A DNA stretch of 64,000 nucleotides from Octopus vulgaris (taxonomy: Eukaryota). The stretch covers positions 88,102,001-88,166,000 of the forward strand of contig OX597821.1 in NCBI GenBank assembly GCA_951406725.2. The letters are read 5' to 3'. Both the position numbers and the translations under genes were made by a program. Each line of letters opens with the position of its first letter. Position 1 is the first letter of the stretch. Below the pieces are notes generated by a model. The model had not been told where the DNA came from. It ran no database searches and was given only the letters and a program-made list of their open reading frames with translations. Below, one piece after another: positions 52,970 to 64,000 of this stretch.

Positions 52970-53830
52970 CATGGCAACTTGGGCAAGTATTTTTTTACTA
53001 TATCCCTGGTCGACCGCCAAAGCCTTGTGAGTGGGTTTAGTAGACGGAAACAAAATGAAGCCCTTAGCATGCGTTTATATATATATATATATATATAGTG
53101 GGAGAATTCACAAAAATAAAACAAAAGACGAAGACAGGTGGTGTAGACAACAAACAAATGTATTAGTTTAACGCTCGGGAAGTGAAAAAGTCTTTAACAT
53201 TTCGAGCCTACGCTCTTCTACAAAAAGGAACACAGAAAGAAACAGGGAGAGAAAATAAAGATGTGTAGTGGCTAGCGATCTATCAGTTGATCCATGCAGT
53301 ACTCTTTCGTCACAACTTTCTGTTGGCCTGCTCTCTTAGACAGCGGGGTGGCGTCATTTGAAGGCTAAAAAATGCGAAGCGCATTGTGACCAGCGATGTG
53401 TAGCAACATCTGATAGCCTCGTTGGTCAAGGCGATCACGGTAAGATATATATATATATATATATATACATTGGCGTCATTTGAATGGTAAAACAATGCGA
53501 AGCGCATTGTGACCGGCGATGTGTAGCAACATCTGATAGCCTGGTCGGTCACGGTGATCACCGGTAGTCAAGCGGTGGGGAACAAGCACAACAGAAACTT
53601 AGTCACACAAACCTACATACACACATATAAGTTTGTGTGACTAAGTCTCTGTTGAGCTTGTTCCCCACCGCTTGACTACCGGTGCTGCTTTGTTTACGTC
53701 CTAATAAATTTGTAGTTCTGCAAAAGAGACTGATTCACTAAATACCATATCTAAGCATTTGACTGACTAGCTCCTTCAAGGCTGTGCTCAAGTATGGGCG
53801 TAGTCCAATGAGTAAAACACGTTAAATATT
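52970..53830 (+). mobile_element. Old SINE A split by a stack of insertions in its internal microsatellite
   Basis: Head 52970-53075; TA run; PLE-like piece 53098-53285; two copies of the alternative SINE tail (53296-53441, 53470-53563); inverted copy; A tail 53631-53830. Confidence 0.75.
53192..53227 (-). ncRNA. Degenerate minimal hammerhead-like motif
   Basis: Minus strand CTTT-ttgtaga-a-GAGC(gtag)GCTC-GAAA-tg-TT-AAAG; stems I and II intact, core mutated. Confidence 0.35.
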
Positions 53831-54497
53831 AAAGATATCAATACCATACTATAGTTACAACCAAGAGGGTGAAACTAATGTAAAAAAACGCGACATGGCT
53901 TGTAAAATTTAATTAGTTCAAGTTGGATGTTAACCCGTCAAAGCACATTCTGTAATATTTGTCCAGTGGGTGGGGCAGCGATTTAAACTCCTGGAACGCC
54001 CATATTTCCGGTCAGACGAAGAATAAAACGAGTATTTTATTGCTCATTAATCAATCTAAAATATTTTCCTTTAGCTCAGTTCGTTGGTTCTATTTCTGAC
54101 ATACCACGGTATTTTTCTAGGCTTTGTTATAAGTTATTCCATATTACAGTATTAGTTCCTTATCGCTTTTTTCCGCCTTTGCTACAGATTATTATCCAGT
54201 TTCCGTTACACGAATTTAAAATGGCGTCTAGATATCTTAAACATACTAATTAAACTTGAAGATATTTAATGAGATATTTTAAATATACCAATGAGTTGAA
54301 ATTGATTGTGATAATCTGCTAAAATTGTGAAATTAATGAGCTAATATAGACCATTGTGAGTAGAGGATAGCGCTGCAAATATTAAACAACAACAATTATA
54401 ACAAGTAAACGGGCGACAACGAAACGTATATCATCATCAGCAACAAGAATGATAAATAATGACAACATCGCTACCATATACATCAAAAATATAATTA

Positions 54498-54915
54498 GGC
54501 GCAGGAGTGGCTGTGTGGTAAGTAGCTTGCTAACCAACCACATGTTTCCGGGTTCAGTCCCATTGCGTGGCACCTTGGGCAAGTGTCTTCTGCTATAGCC
54601 CCGGGTGACCAATGCCTTGTAAGTGGATTTCGTAGACGGAAACTGAAAGAAGCCCGTCGTATATATGTATATATACGTATGTGTATGTATCTGTTGGTGT
54701 GTCTGTGTTTGTCCCCCTAGCATTGCTTGACAACCGATGCTGGTGTGTTTACGTCCCCGTCACTTAGCGGTTCGGCCAAAGAGACCGATAGAATAAGTAC
54801 TGGGCTTACAAAAGAATAAGTCCCGGGGTCGCGTTGCTCGATTAAAGGCGGTGCTCCAGCATGGCCGCAGTCCAATGACTGAAACAAGTAAAAGAGTAAA
54901 AAAAGAGTAAAGAGT
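54498..54915 (+). mobile_element. SINE family A, full length
   Basis: Near-identical to 5380-5826. Confidence 0.95.
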
Positions 54916-55204
54916 ATCTCCATCACCAACACCACATATAACATTTGCATCATAATATATTTACAGAGCCTAACAATCAAAACTATTATATAAACACACT
55001 CACATGCGTGCACACAATGCACATAATACGTACAGCTGTGTGTGCTGTGTGAGTTTGTTCGTAGATGTGCATATATACATACACCATATGCACATACGCA
55101 TATACACACACATATTAGCGTGTATGAATATATGTATACATGTATATTCATTTATATAAGCCCTTGCATGTGTGTAGCTACATGCAGATATGCGTATATA
55201 GTAA

Positions 55205-55255
<51 letters not shown>

Positions 55256-55395
55256 AATCTATCTATCTATCTATTTGTCTGTCCGTCTGCCTGTCTGTAT
55301 GTATGTATATGTGTGTTTATGTATATATATATATACAAACATATATAATTATGGATATTTGTACATACATAAGTATATATATATATATATATATA

Positions 55396-55757
<362 letters not shown>

Positions 55758-55779
55758 CCTAAGCCTAAGTAAGCACATA

Positions 55780-56075
55780 TTGGCCTAACGCTATAGAAGT
55801 TTCATTTGCTTTTATGGGATCGTAGTTTCGATCCTGGTGCGCGATGCTGCGATTAAATATCTTTTGCTCTATCTTCGAATCAACACAAAGCATTTTGGCG
55901 AAATTGGGTGAACGGAAGAAAAATCCGATGAATTGTACATACAATATAGCATCTACCGTAACGTATTACGCACTCTCACATTGACACTGACAGACTACGC
56001 ATGTCAGTGGAATACTCAGCCACTTATTCGATAATTAACTGAGCAGATAAATGAAACGATGGAAGATCGGATGAC
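55780..56075 (+). mobile_element. Old SINE with A-like head and C-like tail
   Basis: gtttcgatcc B box; gtggaatactcagccactta matches the C tail in sense orientation. Confidence 0.5.
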
Positions 56076-56192
56076 TCATATTCAGATGATACAAGCCATG
56101 GATTGGTAGTTAGAGCTTCGAACACTATGCCTTGAAATATTTATTTTTCATTTTAAATGCAGGTCTCCTTGTGTGTAAGAAGATTCCTTCCC

Positions 56193-56326
56193 ATCACATG
56201 GTGTTGGGTTCAACTCCATGAAGTGGCACCTTGGGCAAGCGTCTTCTACTTTGGCCTCGTATGCACCAGAGCCTTGTGATTTGGTAAAGGGAAACTGAAA
56301 AGAAGCCCGTCGCATATAAATATGTA

Positions 56327-56363
<37 letters not shown>

Positions 56364-56568
56364 CTGTGTCTGTTTCTTCCCTACTATATCCCGACAAAAT
56401 GTTTTTATATCTCAGTAACTTAGTGGTTCGGCAATAGAGCCGACAGAATAAGTACCGGACTTTAAAAATATACGTATGTAATAGAGTTTATTCATTCGGC
56501 TAAAATACTTCAAGGCGGTGCACCAGCATGGCCGCTGTCTAATGAATGAAACAAGTAAACGATAAAAG
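56193..56568 (+). mobile_element. SINE family A, diverged
   Basis: gggttcaactccatgaagtggcaccttgggcaagc...aaggcggtgcaccagcatggccgctg. Confidence 0.88.
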
Positions 56569-56591
56569 GGTACACGAATACGTACACGCAC

Positions 56592-56640
<49 letters not shown>

Positions 56641-57025
56641 CCCACACACAAGCTTTTGGATTTTCTAGAAATGCAGCAGATAGTTATTTATGTCCATGTT
56701 TTCGCATTAAATATTTTGTTTTGATCTTGGCATGGTTGTGCGCATGACACGCTACAAGAAGGCAGACATTGGTTTGAGGGTGAAAGGAAATTGTTCCCAC
56801 ACTGGAAACGTGGTGTCAGTGCTTGCGATTGAGTGGGCTTCATTGAAATAACACAAACTGCCAAATAATATCTTAAAGACCACCACTGAGATAGCACACT
56901 GTCAAGTGTTTGTAGAGAATTAACACATGATTAATTTTATAAACGTTTGTGCGTTTGCGGCTACGTTCGTGCGTTGTTGTCATGTGACAGTATATAGTGC
57001 GCCTCTATATATAAATGTATATGTT

Positions 57026-57115
<90 letters not shown>

Positions 57116-57118
<3 letters not shown>

Positions 57119-57533
57119 GCAGGAGTGGCTGTGTGGTAAGTAGCTTGTTTACCAACCACATTGTTCTGGGTTCAGTCCCACTGCGTGGCACCTTGGTCAA
57201 GTGTCTTCTGCTATAGCCTCGGGCCGACCAAAGCCTTGTGAGTGGATTTGGTAGACGGAAACTGAAAGAAGCCCGTCGTATATATGTATATGTATATATG
57301 CATGTGTGTGTTTGTGTGTCTGTGTTTGTCCCCCTAGCATTGCTTGACAACCAATGCTGGTGCGTTTATGTCCCCATTACTTAGCGGTTCGGCAAAAGAG
57401 ACCGATAGAATAAGTACTGGGCTTACAAAAAAGAATAAGTCCCGGGGTCGAGTTCCTCGATTAAAGGCGGTGCTGCAGCATGGCCGCAGTCAAAATGACT
57501 GAAACAAGTAAAAGAGTAAAAGAGTAAAAGAGT
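57116..57533 (+). mobile_element. SINE family A, full length, next to (TA)n 57027-57115
   Basis: Near-identical to 5380-5826. Confidence 0.95.
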
Positions 57534-59036
57534 ATATATACTCAACCGGCACTCATGGGCATATACCTTCTTGAACCACGGCTTGTAGTAAACGATAAAT
57601 ATTTTACACTATTTAAAATTTCTTCTACTCATTCTGTTTCCGAAGAATAAAACCCTGTTTTTATTATATACACTTGGATCTTATACAAGTCATATACACA
57701 ATTAAATTATTTAATATGATATACATATTTAACGCATCCCTATAAGAGAGCGCCTTTATTACACTCTAGACAGCTAGAAGCATACTGATATTTCAAGTTA
57801 CAGGAATGTTAACTTTCCAATCGAAATCAGACAATGCTATGTTAAACTGGGTATACTTTCATTAAAAACTTCAGGTCACTTACTGCAGCTTCTCATACTG
57901 TGAGTAAAGCCGGTTTTTATACTGTATATGAGTGTACTTGTGTGTGTGTCTGCGTATGAGTGTGTGTGTGTGTACATACATATATACATACTGTGCATAC
58001 ACGCCGCCAAACTTAAACATATCTTAAGTTGTATAACTGTATACATTTATATTTGTGATTGTACGTCTGTATGTAAATGTATGTGTGTGTGTGTGTTTGT
58101 GCTTTGTAGCACCACAAACTCTATAGATAAAAGCGTACAAGCCAATATTTTATCCCACACATATTTATATGCATAACCCTTAAAGATTTTACAGCTGTAT
58201 ACACGTGCTATCAACTCGTCAGAGCATTCTGGATATAATGACCGCGAGACAATAGCTGAAAAAGTCACTAAGGTCATATTTTGGCCCCCAGTTCTGAATT
58301 GTAGTACAACTTGTAAATTGATGTCTATATAGAAAGTTTAAAGTTCAAATCTAGAAATCAAAAATTTCGTTACTTTACGAGAGCTGTATTGATTGTTCAA
58401 ATTTTTAGTTGGAGGGATGAATAAATATATATGTATATATACAAAATATAAGTACATGTAACTGTGGACATATAAAGACAGTAAGTAAATAATATGTATT
58501 ATGAAACAATAACTGCCGAGAGAGAAATTAAATTGAAAACAAAAAATACCATTCACGGTGTTCGAATGGTATTTAGTTCGTTCTCCATTAAAGACTTTGC
58601 TGCCATTCTTTTGTCTGTTATGTTACATAGGACTTCGTGTTTTTTACTGCTGTAAAGGCATAGCAAATATATATGGATATATATATATATATATATATAA
58701 AGATAAACTGAAATACAGATACACATACATACGAATGTGTATGTGTGGGTTTATGTCTGTCAAGAAAGACAGCATATATAGTGCGTTCGTGACAGCTATG
58801 TATTTATAAGGTTGAACGTATGGCCCGAGAGTTACGTAGTGTGAAGACTAACATATATACCGAGTTTTAAAAGCATCGTAAATTGTGACTATGTAACAGC
58901 AAATTTTACTGATATAGTCAAGGAAATCCATACTGTCAAATTAGCATTTTCATAATGAATTGCAGCTTAACTACTATATGCTATATACATTCTGTCTACA
59001 AACAAAAGCGCCCAAACAAACTCACACAAACATCCT

Positions 59037-59470
<434 letters not shown>

Positions 59471-60006
59471 GACGGTTAGAATGAGCATTATCTAACATCA
59501 TATAAAATATTGCAAGATTCGATGAGCAATTAGTTTCGGTCTTCGACCAACATTCTCTATTCAAACACAACTACATTGTTACACACACACACACACACAG
59601 ATACATAATACATACATATATGTGTAGTGATCTATTAATGGCCTGTGAATTAAATCCAGTTCCTATCCATTAAGCTTCCCATGCATTTCATGTAAGTTTA
59701 TTTTGCTTACTTTTATTTTAGATAGACTTGGTTTGGTTTTGTCTTGCCTCAAAATAAAAAAAAACTATCTATTCTCTCACGCGTGTAAAGTTAAAACAAA
59801 TCACATGCCCCATAGACTCACACATTTGGATCTAAGCATATGGCTTGGCTTATTGCTGTATGTGCATCTGCATATATGTATGTATGGATGGATAGATAGA
59901 TGTAGGTATGCATGCATCTATCTCTCTGTCTCTATATCTATCTATCTGTCAGTCTGTCTGTCTATCTGCTTGTCTGTTTATCTATATACATCTCTCTCTC
60001 TCTCTC

Positions 60007-60048
<42 letters not shown>

Positions 60049-60138
60049 GAATTAGAGATAAAATCACTATTATGCAACTCAAACAGTGATAGACGTAAAC
60101 TAATACATAAATAACAAATAATATATATATAATATAAT

Positions 60139-60226
<88 letters not shown>

Positions 60227-60285
60227 GTATGTATGTACGTATGTATGTATGTATGTATGTATGTATGTATGTATGTATGCATATA

Positions 60286-60685
60286 TTCTTTTATTCTTTT
60301 ACAGGCTTCAGTCATTTGAATGTGGCCATGCTGGAGCACCACCTTTAATCGAAGAAATCGACCCCAGGACTTGTTCTTTGTAAGCCTAGTACTTATTCAA
60401 GCGTACGCTTTTGACAAACTGCTGCGTTTCTGGGACATAAACACACCAGCATCGGTTGTCAAGCAATGGTGTTGCGGGGACAAATATAGGCACAAAGAAA
60501 CACACACACACACATATATATATACACCAGACGGTCTTCTTTCTGTTCCCGTCTATCGAATCTACTCACAACTCTTTGGTCGGCCCGAGGCTATAGTAGA
60601 AGACACTTGCCCAAGGTGCTACAGTGTGGGACTGAACCTGGAACCATGTGGTTGAGAAATAAGCTTCTTACCTCACAGCGACGCC
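60286..60685 (-). mobile_element. SINE family A, reverse orientation
   Basis: Reverse complement of family A: tggccatgctggagcacc...gacacttgcccaaggtgc...ggactgaacc. Confidence 0.92.
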
Positions 60686-62399
60686 ATATATATTTTACAG
60701 GCAAGAAAATAATATTTGGAATGCAGTATAGTCGTGTATATATGAATATATATATATGTATGTCCATACATATATAAATATATATACAACCATATAAACA
60801 CTTTTATATATATATGATTGTGTGTGCTGTTTGTATATGATGTTTCCCATTCCTTCTAGCCTTAATGCACACTAAGTTTCAAAACCATTCCTTTTCTTCA
60901 GATAACTATATTTGTTTTCTGTTTACCCTACCTGTTTGTCTGTCGGTCTCCGCCTTCTCTCTATCAATCAATCTATGTATCTGCCTATCTTAGTTTCTTT
61001 TTTAGTTTCATGTAGCATATTAAGCTTGTATTTAACGCTTGTCTCTGTTAAGTAGACACGTTTTCCAATATAAATATATTCTATCTCTCCAGCTTCCCAA
61101 TGTCGGCCGTTGCAGACATGCCTTTTCCTGCTTATAGGTTTCCCTTCTCTTTCTGCTCTTTATTTGGGTTTGTCTACTCATGGTCCTGCACTTTCATTTT
61201 TCTGCATATATTTTCAACCTCTCGCACTGGTACTTATTACCTAGAAGGAAGTCTGGGTGGAAAGTGAATTATTTTAAAATAAGTTGTGTATTATATAATC
61301 CAGTTGCCACTTAGAGCCTGGCTGAGATGATCTTTGGTAAAACACGTATATACTTTTGTATAATATCGACTACATTCTTCTCTGCATTTTTCTAACATTG
61401 TATGCTGAGTAATGTCACTGACCTTTATCTAGCACTGTTCACGTTCTAATGACCTCTCAGAAGTTTTTTTTTTGGTTCCATTCTGAGTTCCCTTCACTCG
61501 TTAATTAGCAATACTGTTTATGGCTTTCCTTTTGTCAGAGACTACAATGTTGAATATGTTCTTCATTTCTTAAAACGGTTAGCTGTTTGACTTGTGGAAA
61601 ATTTGCTCCCTGTTTCTAATAGCTGAATGGCTGCTAAAAATTTGGTATTTATTACTGCCAGTAAGTGTCTCATTTGTACAAATAAATGATTCTCATCAGT
61701 ATATATATATATATATATATATATATACTGGAGTTTAAGTGAATAAATTCTTTTGATGTTACTACACAAGCTATGAGGAAATTTCACTGCTATTTCTAGC
61801 AGAAATAGCAGCTTCGTAGTGACTGCGTTGTTGGCTTAACCTTGATGTATGTATAGGTCTTTATCAAACATTGCGTGTATGAACAGTTCTAAACATTGTG
61901 TACATACAATAGTTTTGTGAACAAAAAGTGTACGATCAGTAGGGATTTGTTTCAAACCTGTCTTGTGTTGCCACCAACGACTTCAGTATTATATCTAACT
62001 ATTCACATATATATTACTTATTGATCTCCTATTACAATCTAGTATCGATGAATGCATTACTGTTGAGTTTTATGTCATAATTGAGTAATGTTTCTTAGGT
62101 AGATTCTTATGTCCATAGCACAAAGACTGTCTTCGTGCTGTTTGTTACAGACAGTATTCATTAAACTGTAGCTCGTTGATTTCCCTGGCACTTTGGAGAG
62201 TTTGAAGTTTGTGGTTGTTTATAAATAAAATACTTGTCAAAGTTAATGTCATAACTACGAACTATTCTCTGTATGACTATGTGACATGTAACGTCAGAGT
62301 GAACCGGATTAATCCATTGAATACACACGCGCTAGCAACGAGGGGGAAACTAGTGTTTCTACATAAAAGTATATTCTGTCGAATTTTAATGGCTTTGGA

Positions 62400-63420
62400 G
62401 TGATCAGTACGCTAATATCATCAGACTGAACCGATTCTTCTCTTTCGTGAAATTTTTGGTTAGCCTTCAGCCGACCTTGATGCAACGGTCCTGAGATCAA
62501 ACTCAATCTATATTTTGTTTCTGACATAAGATATCGAAGAAGATATAATCAAATGTCTCATTTCGTATTTAAGATGGCAAGGTGTGATATGAGGACTATT
62601 TGGCGGCCATAACAAGCAGAGTGACCGATTACACACAGCTTACTCCTTTGGTTTCTAGTTGCTGCTTTTTCATGGTGTCTTATACAGTTAAGTGATTCAG
62701 AGAGTAGATACCGAACATATCTTGTAATAAGACCTATTACAGCTGGGAGGTGCAGAGATTGTACTATCACGGCGTCTAAGTTGACTAGTGTAACTAAGTT
62801 GACGAGACAGTGTAATGGAAAATGTCTTCTTATGATGTATATCACAGTTACATACATCAGACTCTGCAGCTGAAAGTTATTTTCTTTAATACATGTTATA
62901 GCAAGTAACCAAAAGTTGCTATTAAAGTAACTTTGTCAAGAGTAGCACCAGTGTTTGGATATGTAATGACAGTTTTTTTCGACGATAGATCCGTGTTCTA
63001 TCGATTTGGCCAGCTGTGACTCTAACACACTTGCTTATGTCCCACGAATAACTGATTAATATTTCATAAACCAATATATAATCCGACTGTTTGCTTGTTT
63101 GATGTAGTTGATCTTTTAATCTTTTATATATTACTAACTTCTATTATCGAAGCATGAGTTATTTTTTCGGTCAATATTCCTTCCTTGGTTTCTCCTCTAC
63201 TAAGCTTTTGTAGTTTTTCCCCTCCATGGCGTTTGTTAGTGACAGCACCGTAAATTTTCGTTGCAATGTCATTGCATTATTTACAACTCACTACTTTAGT
63301 GTGTAAGTGCTTTCTACAGATTTAAACGGTACGTTTAGATTTGTGACGAGATAGTTTCTCTGCCGACAACTTGATCCTGGTGTTAACGGTTCAGAAAATA
63401 TTGTGGACTGATCGAGATCG
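62400..63420 (-). pseudogene. Possible decayed Penelope-like RT C-terminus and GIY-YIG remnant
   Basis: Minus-strand ICRKHLHT (VYRKPTHT-like), then PSCNRSYY and CIRHHEKAA...SKLCVIGH (CxxCxxxYIG...RxxEH...H-like), in different frames. Confidence 0.4.
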
Positions 63421-64000
63421 CGAGATACCATGAAAAACCAATGATTCACACTTTATGCTTTGTGCTTTTGCATTGTTTTGTTTTGTTAATGTTCTATACT
63501 AGCTATGCTTTGTTTTATTATTTACATTTTGGTTTTCGTTATTTCTGTCAATGAATATATAATTTTTGTTGTTAGAATTATTGTTGTAATGGATGATTTT
63601 ATTAACAGCAGCGGTGTCAGCGACGTTTTATTTTACTGATGTATGCTTGACGTAGTGAAGTGAAAGTATTGGTGCGAATAATGGAGTCGGTCAATAGGAT
63701 AACAAACGGGTAAATAGGTAACTGTATTATCAGTTATGAGAGGCAAATATGCTTAAGAACAATGGAACATTGTGGGCAAATTGCTTCACAAATTGCTGTT
63801 TCATTGGTAAATATCTCAGTGAGAATGAAATATCATAACTCAAAAGTGAGATATCACAGAAAGTTAGGTAAATATTTTACAGAAGATGTTACAACATGTT
63901 GCAAGTATAATAGATGTATCTTCAAAATATTACTAAACTACCATTAAAATAATTCTAAATATCATTAATACACCAATAATATCTCTGATTCTGATAAATA

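Noticed and set aside
56688-56897. Cys-rich 69-aa ORF
   Set aside because: Cys spacing matches no domain I recognise; short enough to arise by chance.
59520-59565. Minus-strand GGTC(gaa)GACC-GAAACTA hammerhead-like half
   Set aside because: No CUGANGA-like strand or stem I; may be a decayed remnant but is not supportable.

Overview
AT-rich, microsatellite-saturated eukaryotic DNA, intronic or intergenic. The SINE families and repeat landscape look like an octopus (coleoid cephalopod) genome; this is inference from recalled repeat families. No host protein-coding gene can be supported, and nearly all listed ORFs are microsatellite or SINE artefacts. Real coding remnants are all transposon-derived: a 5'-truncated CR1-like LINE with an open RT ORF (46.4-48.4 kb), two RTE-like LINE fragments, decayed Penelope-like (PLE) RT/GIY-YIG remnants and mariner deletion derivatives. 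The window also holds three tRNA-derived SINE families (labelled A, B, C here), hAT and Tigger-type MITEs and two non-autonomous Helitrons. Three observations stand out. (1) Several unrelated short elements sit inside (TA)n tracts and carry minimal type I hammerhead-ribozyme folds sharing a non-canonical CCGANGA (U4C) core; one family occurs twice as a fold-back with ribozyme sequence on both strands. (2) SINE A and the CR1-like LINE share a 3' tail whose stem-loop is conserved in structure but not sequence. (3) A 1.3-kb AAAATTTT-based satellite reverses orientation internally and abuts the LINE truncation point. Coordinates were read by eye and may be off by a few bases, more for decayed elements.
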